A stretch of 14,494 nucleotides of DNA from Candidatus Altiarchaeota archaeon (GTDB lineage: Archaea > Altiarchaeota > Altiarchaeia > IMC4 > SCGC-AAA252-I15): the NCBI GenBank assembly GCA_043804895.1, contig JAZDIN010000048.1:1-14494 (forward strand), in the 5' to 3' direction. Positions 4,761 to 12,963 of this stretch are shown one piece after another. Made by a program: the position numbers and the translations under genes. Under the pieces are notes generated by a model that did not search any database, was not told where the DNA came from, and saw only the letters and a list, made by a program, of their open reading frames with translations. Position 1 is the stretch's first letter. The number at the start of each line of letters is the position of its first letter.

Positions 4761-5729
4761 TCATTTGCTTGTCCACTGTCGGGGGTATGTGTCGGGGTGC
4801 ATTGTTATCCTGTCTGGGGCTGCGATTTCGCCTTTTTTCATACCCATTATCTTGGCTGAGTCTTCGAGTGCTCTGGCGAGGCCTATGAGTTCTCCTTTGA
4901 GTGTGAATAGTGCTATGTAGTCTTTTTTGTGTATGTTGTCTGTGAGTTTGGATACTCCGGGTGCGGCGAGGTGTGCGCCGTGGCATAGTGCGCTGACTGC
5001 GGAGTCTTTCACCCAGATTTTTGGGAGGTGCTGGACTGCGGATTCCATTGGTTGAATGAATTTCCTCAGCTGCGTCTCGTCTTTCTTCTCACGGTAGGTT
5101 TCGATCGCGTCGCGTAGGTCGTGTAAGGTTACGATGGTGTCTTCTTTGAATGGGCCTGCTCGGACTCTCCTGAGTTCCTGCATGTGTGCTCCGACTCCAA
5201 GTACGAGGCCGATGTCGTGACATAGTTTTCGTATGTATGTGCCTGCCTCGCAGTCGACTGTGAATAGGACGTAGTCTCCTTCGCGTTCCAGGTATTTTAT
5301 GGAGTAGATATGGCGTGTCCTCAGCTCCCTTTTGACGGCGCATTTGAGGGGGGGCCTTTGGTATAGTTCCCCGTGGAAGTAGCTGAACGTCTTTTTTATC
5401 TGGCTGTTTGTCGTGTCAGCGTGGAGTTTCATCAGGGTAACGTACTCCTTCCCTGAGACGAGGAGGGCTTGCAGGACTTTGGTGGCTTCTTCCATCGCGA
5501 CTGGTAGCACGCCGGTGACGTTTGGGTCGAGGGTGCCTGAGTGGCCGACGGTTTTGAATCGGAACATCTCCTTCACCCATGCGCTGACTTGGTGTGAGGT
5601 GGGCCCGGCTGGTTTGTCTATATTGACTACTCCTTTCCGTATGTGTTCTTCGATAGGCCTTTGTGATGGGGGGCGGCCGTGTTTTGGGTCTGTGTCCTCT
5701 TCGGATTTGACCAGGATGTTGTCGTCCAT
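4761..5729 (-). CDS. cbf5: RNA-guided pseudouridine synthase Cbf5 (archaeal TruB family)
   Basis: GVVNIDKPAGPTSHQV, catalytic GHSGTLDP, YQRPPLKCAVKRELRTR, CEAGTYIRKLCHDIG, C-terminal PUA domain ending YPRQW. Confidence 0.97.
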   Translation of the reverse strand: MDDNILVKSEEDTDPKHGRPPSQRPIEEHIRKGVVNIDKPAGPTSHQVSAWVKEMFRFKTVGHSGTLDPNVTGVLPVAMEEATKVLQALLVSGKEYVTLMKLHADTTNSQIKKTFSYFHGELYQRPPLKCAVKRELRTRHIYSIKYLEREGDYVLFTVDCEAGTYIRKLCHDIGLVLGVGAHMQELRRVRAGPFKEDTIVTLHDLRDAIETYREKKDETQLRKFIQPMESAVQHLPKIWVKDSAVSALCHGAHLAAPGVSKLTDNIHKKDYIALFTLKGELIGLARALEDSAKIMGMKKGEIAAPDRITMHPDTYPRQWTSK

Positions 5730-5744
5730 CAGAAGTGCTCCTGT

Positions 5745-5960
5745 TTAGGCTAGTTTGAGTTCTGCGAGTTCCTTTGCAGGGTTTTTCCCGCCGACGACCC
5801 AGTGTGTCGGCTCAAGGTGCCTGGCAGACGCTTTGGTTTTTTTGCCGTCAGCTCCCTCGACGTGGAAGCCACCTTCGGTTTTTCCTGTTATGACGCAGAA
5901 CTTCCATGCATCGTTTCCTGCTGTTTTGCGGCATACCCTGCCAACGTCAAGTAAGGCCAT
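5745..5960 (-). CDS. rpl14e: 50S ribosomal protein eL14 (L14e)
   Basis: LDVGRVCRKTAGNDAWKFCVI (KOW) and HLEPT motifs; usual position upstream of cbf5. ATG 5960 preferred to 5975 on TATA spacing. Confidence 0.88.
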   Translation of the reverse strand: MALLDVGRVCRKTAGNDAWKFCVITGKTEGGFHVEGADGKKTKASARHLEPTHWVVGGKNPAKELAELKLA

Positions 5961-5988
5961 TTTGGTGGACACCATTAGGTAGGGAGGG

Positions 5989-5996
5989 TATAAAAA
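5989..5996 (-). promoter_or_regulatory. Probable TATA box for rpl14e-cbf5-trm112
   Basis: TTTTTATA 29 nt upstream of ATG 5960. Confidence 0.6.
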
Positions 5997-6001
5997 GGCT
6001 T

Positions 6002-6832
6002 TTACTTCCAGAACAATATTGCCTGGAGTATTGTCTCTAGAAGTTCTATTATCCTGTCGAGTTTGGTGTTTGTGCGAGTGAATATTGGCTTTTGTGTCGT
6101 GGATGTTGAGGGGGGTTTTTGGGGTTGCGTTGTTGTGGTCGGGGCTTGTGTAGTGGCCGTGGTTTCTGTTGTTGTGGTTGTCGACGTGGTTTCTGTCGTT
6201 GTAGTCGATGTCGTCTCTGATGTCGTGTTTTCGCAGCTGCCAGCCTCACAGACCTGATTTAGGCTGCATGCTTCCAGTGTCACAGTCTCGTACATTTCAG
6301 CGCATTTGGATTGGGCTGTCCCAGGGTTATCGCAGTTCCACCATGTGACTGCCTGGGTTACGTTGCTGCCTTCGCAAGTTGGAGTCCCAATTATTGTAGG
6401 GGGGCAATCTGTGTTGTAGGAGCATGTTACGGTGAGCGGTCTTATAGTGGTCGTGGACGTTGGTTCCGGCTGCTGGCAGCGTCTGCCACCAACGACAAAT
6501 TCCGTGTAGCCTTCGTCCACAAGTTTGTCTATCCTGTACACCTCTACCCTCGCAAGGCGTAAGCCAGGTTTGATGTGGTCCCAGTCTTCAGAGTCCATTG
6601 AGGCTGAGACCTCTGTGAAGCCTGGCTTCAGGTTTTTGGTGTTGAACCTGTAGTTGTCAACGAAGAAGTCAGCGTGCAGGAGGCTGGCTCCCTCGCTCAG
6701 AATCGCCGTCACCTTCGCTGGTTCGCCGCAGTCAACCGGGTTGTTTGAGATATTGAGTAACACTGCAGCGCTTGCGCTTGTGGAGTATAACACCAGTAGT
6801 GTTATGGCAAATAATGATGTTCGTTTTTCCAT
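6002..6832 (-). CDS. Secreted/surface protein with beta-rich N-domain, 8-Cys module and Thr-rich tail
   Basis: Signal peptide MEKRTSLFAITLLVLYSTSASA, one 8-Cys module like those in 1449..3149, poly-Thr stalk, amphipathic C-terminus. Confidence 0.85.
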   Translation of the reverse strand: MEKRTSLFAITLLVLYSTSASAAVLLNISNNPVDCGEPAKVTAILSEGASLLHADFFVDNYRFNTKNLKPGFTEVSASMDSEDWDHIKPGLRLARVEVYRIDKLVDEGYTEFVVGGRRCQQPEPTSTTTIRPLTVTCSYNTDCPPTIIGTPTCEGSNVTQAVTWWNCDNPGTAQSKCAEMYETVTLEACSLNQVCEAGSCENTTSETTSTTTTETTSTTTTTETTATTQAPTTTTQPQKPPSTSTTQKPIFTRTNTKLDRIIELLETILQAILFWK

Positions 6833-6964
6833 TGTTGTTGTAAGCCGGATTGTGTGTCGGTGGAGGAGTAGTCAACTTTATGTCAGACCACACCCCACCC
6901 CCTACTGCATGCGTTATCTTTTTGGGCTTAGTTTATACTAAGTATTAGAATAAATAGCTGCCGG

Positions 6965-8122
6965 TCATCTCATCGTGTTTTTCACGTCTACAACGCGTTC
7001 CTTGGCAGTTTTAAGGCCTTTGACGTTGTTTGCGAGTATTATGGCGTCCATCTGTTTTGGGTCTGTCAGGGGTTTGATTTTAAACAGCTTCTTGACGTCC
7101 TCTTCAGTGAACATTGAGTCCATTCCGAACACTTGGAGTCTCCTTTTTTTGAGCGCTTTTATGAGGGCGTGGGCTCTGGTGTGGCTGGCTTCCTTCACAC
7201 CGCTTCTGTATGAGAGCCCGATTACGGCAACTTTTCCGTTAGGTTTGGCTATTGCCAGCGCCTTGTCAGCGTAATATTCCACCATCTTGTCGTTCAGTCT
7301 CCTGGCCGTTTTTATCAGTGGGACGTTGTATTGGTTGATGAGGAACCACGGGTACACTGGTATGCAGTGTCCTCCTACCATGCCAGGCTCGTGTATGTTG
7401 CAGTACTGGTGAGTCGCAGCCTGCCGCATGCTCCAGAAGTCAACCCCGATTTCTTCGCACACTTTCAGGAGCTCGTTTGCGAGCGCGATGTTCACATCCC
7501 TGTATATGCCTTCCGCCACCTTCACCATTTCAGCTGTCTTCGAATCATCAGCCGTGACGATGGTGCGTGAGAATTTGCTGTAGAGTTCATATGCTGCGTC
7601 GGTGCTTTTCCGGTTTATCCCGCCGACAACCTTTGGGAATTCCTTAAGGCGAGATATGCTGCAGCCGGTCATTATGCGCTCTGGACTGTATGCCAGGAGA
7701 TATTCTCTGCCGGACTTGTCGAGTATTCCTTTGACTAGCTTCTCTGTGGTCTTCGGCGGGACTGTAGTCTCGAGGACTACGAGGTCGCCGTCCTTTAGGA
7801 CTGAGGCGACGTCCTTGAAGGCAGCCTTTATGAGTGTGAAGTCTGGCTTGTTCTTTTTGTCTAGGAGTAGGGGGACTATGACGATGTAGGCTTTCGCATC
7901 TTTGGCGTCTTTTATGTCAGTGGTCGCCTTAAGTGCTCTGCCCCCGTGTCTTCTGACAAGTTCGTCAAGCCCTGCCTCCTCGGGTATGTGATTCTTTCCA
8001 GAGTTTACTGCATGGACCTTTTTCGGGTCTATGTCGACGCCGACAACTTCTAAGCCTGCATCAGCCATGACAGCGGCAAGCGGAAGGCCAGCCCTGCCCA
8101 GCCCGATTACAGCAACCTTCAC
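6965..8122 (-). CDS. Nucleotide-sugar 6-dehydrogenase (WbpA/WecC-like UDP-GlcNAc dehydrogenase)
   Basis: VIGLGRAG Rossmann motif, LETTVPP, YSPER, catalytic GGHCIPVYP, GLSYR; GTGA overlap with the upstream gene. Confidence 0.93.
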   Translation of the reverse strand: MKVAVIGLGRAGLPLAAVMADAGLEVVGVDIDPKKVHAVNSGKNHIPEEAGLDELVRRHGGRALKATTDIKDAKDAKAYIVIVPLLLDKKNKPDFTLIKAAFKDVASVLKDGDLVVLETTVPPKTTEKLVKGILDKSGREYLLAYSPERIMTGCSISRLKEFPKVVGGINRKSTDAAYELYSKFSRTIVTADDSKTAEMVKVAEGIYRDVNIALANELLKVCEEIGVDFWSMRQAATHQYCNIHEPGMVGGHCIPVYPWFLINQYNVPLIKTARRLNDKMVEYYADKALAIAKPNGKVAVIGLSYRSGVKEASHTRAHALIKALKKRRLQVFGMDSMFTEEDVKKLFKIKPLTDPKQMDAIILANNVKGLKTAKERVVDVKNTMR

Positions 8123-9123
8123 AGTAGTATCACCCTGTTGTTTGTCGCGCTCTCCGATATCGCGAGCGCGACTTCAAGGGACTTTAGGCCGTCTAATCCC
8201 GTGACCGTTGTGGGTGTGTTCTTGCGCACTGATTGTACGAATGAGTCTAGCTCAGCCTTGAGGGGTTCCTTCTTCTCTATCCTTATGTGCGTCACATCCC
8301 CCTCTGTCACGCCCATTAGTATGTTCTGGTAGTTGTAGTCTGTGCCGTTGGCTTGCCTGTTCTCGAAGAACGTCAGTTCCTGGGTTATGTACTTCACCTG
8401 GAACATCCCTTTCTCCCCTGTGACCGTAAGCTCCCTTATTTTCTCAGGTGTGAGCCAGTTCACGTCCAACACGCCCACAACGCCGTTTCCGAACTTCAGA
8501 AGCCCTGATAGCATGTCCTCGCATTTGGTGTGTATGCGCTTCTCAGTCTCGGCGTACACCCGCTTAACCTCTGAGCCGGTCACATAGCGCATAACGTCTA
8601 TGTCGTGGACAGCCAGGTCAATCACGACGCCGACATCCCTTATCCTGTGAGGGAACGGCCCTATGCGCGTCGCGTGCATTGAGAATATTCGACCGAGTTG
8701 TTTTTTTTCAATCCTGTTTTTCAGTTCCACGACCGCCGGGTTGAACCGCTCTATATGGCCGACCATTAATTTGACCCCCGCCTCCTTCGCGGATTCCTCG
8801 ATTTTTTTCGCGTTCTCCAGTGTGTCTGCTATTGGTTTTTCAAGAAGAATGGAGGTGCCCTCTTCGATGCATGCGAGCGCGACTTTGGCGTGGGATTGAG
8901 TAGGGACTGCGACAGACACTAGGTCAGGTTTCTCTTTTGAGAGAAGCTGGTCGTAGTCCGAGTATGGAGTGCACTTGAACTTCTCGGCAGTGTTGGATGC
9001 CAGTTTCTTGTCTATGTCGCATACTCCGACCAATTGGACATCCTGCATCTGGGAGTATATTCTCGCGTGGTTGACTCCCATGGCTCCGACTCCGATGACA
9101 GCAGCCTTCAGTGATTCCATCAT
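8119..9123 (-). CDS. Gfo/Idh/MocA oxidoreductase (WbpB/WlbA-like UDP-GlcNAcA 3-dehydrogenase)
   Basis: VIGVGAMG, LLEKPIA, VGHIERFNPA, DVGVVIDLAVHDID; ATGA overlap. Confidence 0.93.
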   Translation of the reverse strand: MMESLKAAVIGVGAMGVNHARIYSQMQDVQLVGVCDIDKKLASNTAEKFKCTPYSDYDQLLSKEKPDLVSVAVPTQSHAKVALACIEEGTSILLEKPIADTLENAKKIEESAKEAGVKLMVGHIERFNPAVVELKNRIEKKQLGRIFSMHATRIGPFPHRIRDVGVVIDLAVHDIDVMRYVTGSEVKRVYAETEKRIHTKCEDMLSGLLKFGNGVVGVLDVNWLTPEKIRELTVTGEKGMFQVKYITQELTFFENRQANGTDYNYQNILMGVTEGDVTHIRIEKKEPLKAELDSFVQSVRKNTPTTVTGLDGLKSLEVALAISESATNNRVILL

Positions 9124-10187
9124 ATGCTATTCAATGTTTCAGCTATATATCCGAGGTTCTCCTCAGTGAGCTTCGGATGTATCGGCAGGGAAATTACCTC
9201 CGCGCATGCCCTCTCAGTCTTCGGGAAATTCCCTTTATAGCCGAGGCTCAGGTAGTGCGGCTGCTGGTGTATCGGCACAGGATAGTAGATGCCACAACCT
9301 ATGCCCTTCTCCTTGAGAGTCTCAGCGACTTTGTCGCGGTTCTTATGCCTCACAGTATACTGGTGGAAGACGTGAACGCACCCCCTTCTAACCTTCGGGA
9401 GCGTGAAGGTCTTGTTCTTGATGTTCTTACTGAGGTATGCTGCATTTTCTATCCGCTTCCTATTGTATTCCGGCAGCTTCTTGAGCTGCTCAACCCCGAT
9501 TGCAGCCGCTATGTCCGTCATCCTCAGGTTGTAGCCGAGCATCTCATGATAGTATCTTCGGAACATCCCATGCTGCCGTATACCCCTAGCCTTCCTGTCA
9601 ACCTCGCCGTCGTCTGTCGTTATAATCCCTCCCTCCGAGGAGGTCATGTTCTTGGTCGGGTAGAAGCTGAAACACCCAGTGCCGAAGGAGCCGACCTTCC
9701 TACCGGAGTATTCCGCCCCGTGGGCCTGGCAGGCGTCCTCGATAACCAATAGATTATGGTCTTTCGCAATCTCCATGATAGCCTTCATCTCAGCCGGGTG
9801 ACCGTACAAGTGGACCGGCATTATTGCCTTAGTTTTTTTTGTTATCCTCTCTGTAATCTGATTCGGGTCCAGGTTATAGGTGTCTTCCTCAATGTCGCAG
9901 AAGAGTGGTTTAGCTCCTGTGAACAGTATCGAGTTCGCTGACGCTATGAACGTGAAGGGAGTAGTGATGACCTCATCCCCCGAACCTATCCCATGGGCCA
10001 GCAATGCGGCATGCAAAGCCGAAGTCCCTGAGGATACTGCTATCGCATGTTTGACTCCGATATAGTTTGCGAAAGCCTGCTCGAACTCCTTCACCTTCGG
10101 GCCTTCGGCTATGATGCCAGAGGATAGTACTGCTAAGACAGCTTTCTTCTCATCATCCCCTATGTCTGGCGATGCTATAGGTATCAT
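9120..10187 (-). CDS. DegT/DnrJ/EryC1/StrS PLP aminotransferase (WbpE-like)
   Basis: [38 protein letters not shown] with the PLP lysine, GYNLRM; ATGA overlap. Confidence 0.95.
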   Translation of the reverse strand: MIPIASPDIGDDEKKAVLAVLSSGIIAEGPKVKEFEQAFANYIGVKHAIAVSSGTSALHAALLAHGIGSGDEVITTPFTFIASANSILFTGAKPLFCDIEEDTYNLDPNQITERITKKTKAIMPVHLYGHPAEMKAIMEIAKDHNLLVIEDACQAHGAEYSGRKVGSFGTGCFSFYPTKNMTSSEGGIITTDDGEVDRKARGIRQHGMFRRYYHEMLGYNLRMTDIAAAIGVEQLKKLPEYNRKRIENAAYLSKNIKNKTFTLPKVRRGCVHVFHQYTVRHKNRDKVAETLKEKGIGCGIYYPVPIHQQPHYLSLGYKGNFPKTERACAEVISLPIHPKLTEENLGYIAETLNSI

Positions 10188-10756
10188 TCCTCAAGTATCA
10201 AATATACCTCTTCCGGTATCTGGACTTTCGTCTCACATTCTATACAGAGTATTATGTTGTTTTTTTTCTTCAGTTTCCCGCCGCATTTGCATACGAAAGC
10301 AAACACCCTCGCAGGGTTGCCGTATGCCAGCGCGTGGTCTGGTATGTCCTTTGTCACGACGCTGCCAGCCCCTATCATCGCGTTCTCCCCTATTGTGTTT
10401 CCGCATATTATCGTCGAGTTAGCGCCGATTGACACTCCTTTTTTGACAGTAGTCTTTGAGACGCGCTCTTCGCTCCAGACCTTTGCACGAGGATACATGT
10501 CGTTCGTGAAGCATACCCCAGGGCCGATGAAAACGTCGTCTTCTATAGTCACTCCACGATATACAGATACATTGTTCTGTATCTTGACGTTTGAACCTAT
10601 TTTCACCCCGTAGTCGATGTACACGTTCTTGCCGATCACGCAGTTCTCGCCTATTGTTGCGTCTTCCCTCACCTGGGCTTGGTGCCAAATCTTCGTTCCT
10701 GAGCCTATTTTAGCCATTTCAGAGACGTCGGCTGTGGCGTGTATGTGGGGTTTCAT
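10184..10756 (-). CDS. Hexapeptide-repeat N-acetyltransferase (WbpD/WlbB-like)
   Basis: [39 protein letters not shown]...FTND.YPR, GNPAR..FVCKCG...CIEC tail. Confidence 0.94.
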   Translation of the reverse strand: MKPHIHATADVSEMAKIGSGTKIWHQAQVREDATIGENCVIGKNVYIDYGVKIGSNVKIQNNVSVYRGVTIEDDVFIGPGVCFTNDMYPRAKVWSEERVSKTTVKKGVSIGANSTIICGNTIGENAMIGAGSVVTKDIPDHALAYGNPARVFAFVCKCGGKLKKKNNIILCIECETKVQIPEEVYLILEE

Positions 10757-10810
10757 CCTTATGTTAAGGTATTGGGTATTTTAATGTGGTTTATAGTAGG
10801 GAACGTAAGG

Positions 10811-10833
10811 TTTTTATATGATAACATCATATA
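10811..10833 (+). promoter_or_regulatory. TATA box overlapped by a perfect 8-3-8 palindrome (candidate operator)
   Basis: TTTTTATA 10811-10818; tatatgat-aac-atcatata 10815-10833, in the divergent intergenic region. Confidence 0.5.
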
Positions 10834-10837
10834 TTAT

Positions 10838-11092
10838 ATGAAGATGACATCAATACTTGAGGAAACCAACGGAGAACTGAAATTCTCAGGCAACATCCAA
10901 GAGTTCATACTCGACGAAAAAATGGAACTTAAGGCAGTGAAACTGAGAGGCGGAGAGACCGTGGACTACGAACACCTCCATAGGCACTTCTCGCCGAAGC
11001 ACCCGCTCCTGAAGACTCCATCAATCCTGAAACGAACATTAGACCAATTCTTCCTACACGAATTCAAAGAAAAAAGACTAGCGCCGTTCTGA
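10838..11092 (+). CDS. Small hypothetical protein (about 82-84 aa)
   Basis: The only plus-strand ORF that fills a gap. ATG 10838 or 10844 follows a TATA box; soluble, charged composition. The longer 10739 start overlaps the divergent gene. Confidence 0.7.
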   Translation: MKMTSILEETNGELKFSGNIQEFILDEKMELKAVKLRGGETVDYEHLHRHFSPKHPLLKTPSILKRTLDQFFLHEFKEKRLAPF

Positions 11093-11117
11093 AACATAGC
11101 CTAGGTTGTTATGAGAG

Positions 11118-11897
11118 TTAGTCGTGATTAGGTAGTGGGAATAATTTTTTGGACATACGCCAGGAGAAGACGGCAAGCAACCAACCACCAATAATATCCA
11201 CAAAATAGTGATGCCGCAGGTAGAGCGTAGAGAACCATAATGAAAGAACAAACACGCACACGACTAATCTTTCGTGCCTCTTGAGACTCATTGATGAAAG
11301 TAAGACTAATGTTGAAAGGGCCACGTGGAGGCTTGGGAGGCTGTTCATTTGAGTGGAGTTGAGATTGACAACAATATCGTCTAGTTTTTGGATTACTCCC
11401 TCCCCGGAGTCGATAATTGAATTTGAGTAGTTTAGCACATACCTCGGTTCTGGTGCAGGAACGATAAAGAAGATAGGAAGGGCGATTGTGTAGGCTACAA
11501 CAAATGCCGTTAGCAGATGCTCTAGTTCATAAAACCGTTTTCTTGAATGCAAAGTATAAACAGTATAGAGGAACAATGGTATGTATGCGATGATGTACGC
11601 GAAAGACATTAGATAGACTAATGGCAGAGTTAGATACGCCTCTAACGCCTGTGAAGGCTGAAAACCCAGGATTTTATCGTCAAGCCATATGAGAAGATCA
11701 GACTTGTTTTCTTTCGTGACAATATGTATCAAGTCGACTTTGTCTTGGCCGCTTATACCTGCAAGTGACCAATACGAAAAGAATAGGAGGAGTATGACAG
11801 CATACTCCCGGAAGGGTATAACCTCGGAGAGAGGCCTAAACTTTGTCTGGCCCTGCGTCATTCGTATTGCCCTATAAGCCCAGAGTAGTATGAACAA
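11118..11897 (-). CDS. PAP2-superfamily membrane protein (Aur1/Ipt1-like); probably begins at ATG 12076 across a one-base frameshift
   Basis: PAPEPRY, NSLPSLHVA and STLYLRHHYFVDIIGG motifs; several TM helices. The frame stays open and hydrophobic upstream of TTG 11897 to about 11995. Confidence 0.85.
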   Translation of the reverse strand: MFILLWAYRAIRMTQGQTKFRPLSEVIPFREYAVILLLFFSYWSLAGISGQDKVDLIHIVTKENKSDLLIWLDDKILGFQPSQALEAYLTLPLVYLMSFAYIIAYIPLFLYTVYTLHSRKRFYELEHLLTAFVVAYTIALPIFFIVPAPEPRYVLNYSNSIIDSGEGVIQKLDDIVVNLNSTQMNSLPSLHVALSTLVLLSSMSLKRHERLVVCVFVLSLWFSTLYLRHHYFVDIIGGWLLAVFSWRMSKKLFPLPNHD

Positions 11898-12159
11898 GTA
11901 GAACAGAAAGGGCGAAAACAGTTTCAGTAAAAGTTGGACTCCATACCAGTTGAATCCGCGGATGTTGACGCTGAACCTCAGAAGGGTGTAAAAACCAGGT
12001 TGACTAACACCAAGACCTCGTACGCCCTGAACCTAAAGCCTCTTAAGCTTATCCATGGCGTGAGTTTATTCAACATGGTAAGCCTTTGTTGGGGAAAAGT
12101 TGTTCAGACATAATGGACCGGCATCCCCTTATCAACCCTACCCTCCTCTCGTTGTAAAC

Positions 12160-12260
12160 TTTTTCTTTTTCGTGCACGTTTCACAACCGACGCTTCGCGT
12201 CGGGTGTGTGTCTGAGACAAAGTCTCAGCCACATTCTTTTTTCTAAAAAGAAAAAGGTGC
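12160..12260. repeat. Family C repeat 3' of tRNA-Leu, interrupted by a family B insert
   Basis: tttttcttttt-cgtgcacg-ttt[B]tcttttt-tct-aaaaagaaaaaggtgc; aligns with 4279-4327 once B is removed. Confidence 0.8.
12182..12234. mobile_element. Family B 53-bp double-hairpin insert, copy 2
   Basis: cacaaccgac-gcttcgc-gtcgggtgtgtgtctgagac-aaa-gtctcagccacat. Differs from copy 1 only at the two hairpin tips and one compensatory pair. Confidence 0.75.
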
Positions 12261-12262
12261 TT

Positions 12263-12431
12263 TGCGGGGGACGAGGTTTGAACTCGCGCAGTCCTTCGAC
12301 ATAGGGTCTCTCAAAACCTACTATTACGCCTCGGAATGTTCTTTCTTTGAACCCGAGGGCCTTTCTTTCTTACGAAGAAAGAAAGGGGCTCTCCTAAGCC
12401 CTACCCATTTGACCAGCTCTGGCACCCCCGC
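12263..12431 (-). tRNA. tRNA-Leu(UAG) with 85-nt intron at 37/38
   Basis: Acceptor GCGGGGG/CCCCCGC, discriminator A, anticodon stem TAGGG/CCCTA, anticodon TAG at 12396-12394, variable arm GTC-GAAG-GAC, T loop TTCAAAC; 84 nt spliced. Confidence 0.97.
12308..12392 (-). other. tRNA-Leu intron (85 nt) carrying a family C element at 12339-12392
   Basis: Full BHB: bulges GG|A and AG|A, helix CUUA/UGAG, closing helix GAGCC/GGUUU. Confidence 0.93.
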
Positions 12432-12713
12432 AAAAGGGAAATTAAGCCTCAAATGGCCGTCTAAGTATAATGAAGTCATGAAATAAATAGGAAACCACAA
12501 GTCGATTCAGGACAATATCACACTTAACCCGCACTTTTTTCGCATGTACCAAGGCACGCCCATTTGACAAGAAGCCGCAGACAGGCGTACAGGAAAATGG
12601 TCTCGATTTGCCCTTTTCAGGCAAATGTCATATATAAGGCATTCAGTTCATAAAAGCCGTCTATATACCTTATAGGGCTTCTAAAAGGCGTTTAATGGCT
12701 TTTGTGTTTTGGA

Positions 12714-12768
12714 AAGTATTATACACTGTGTGTAATACTCGCAAGTATTATACACTGTGTGTAATACT
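12714..12768. repeat. Two tandem identical 26-bp near-palindromes
   Basis: aagtattatacactgtgtgtaatact at 12714-12739 and 12743-12768, separated by cgc. Each has 12-bp arms with one mismatch. Confidence 0.92.
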
Positions 12769-12963
12769 TTACCCTCTGAAATGCCATACCTATTAAAACG
12801 CCTTAAAATAAAAGCTGTAAGCCCTATTTAGCGTTTCTGGATTATCTTCCCCGAATCTATACCCTGAAACCCCTTGAAATCAATCACAGGCCTAGGTTGC
12901 ACCAGCACAAACAAGCGGCTTACAAGAACAAAAGGTGCAATGATATCGCACATGTAGAGGGGG

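Noticed and set aside
6927-6942. Palindrome cttagt-ttat-actaag
   Set aside because: 6-bp AT-rich arms, single copy; expected by chance.
12459-12490. Xer/dif-like site (..gtataa tgaag tcatg..)
   Set aside because: The arms do not form the 11-6-11 inverted arrangement; more simply the AT-rich tRNA-Leu promoter region.
12442-12624. 60-aa ORF upstream of tRNA-Leu
   Set aside because: No motif or ribosome-binding signal, and it runs through the tRNA promoter region.
12714-12768. CRISPR array
   Set aside because: Only two repeats separated by 3 bp; no spacers and no cas genes.
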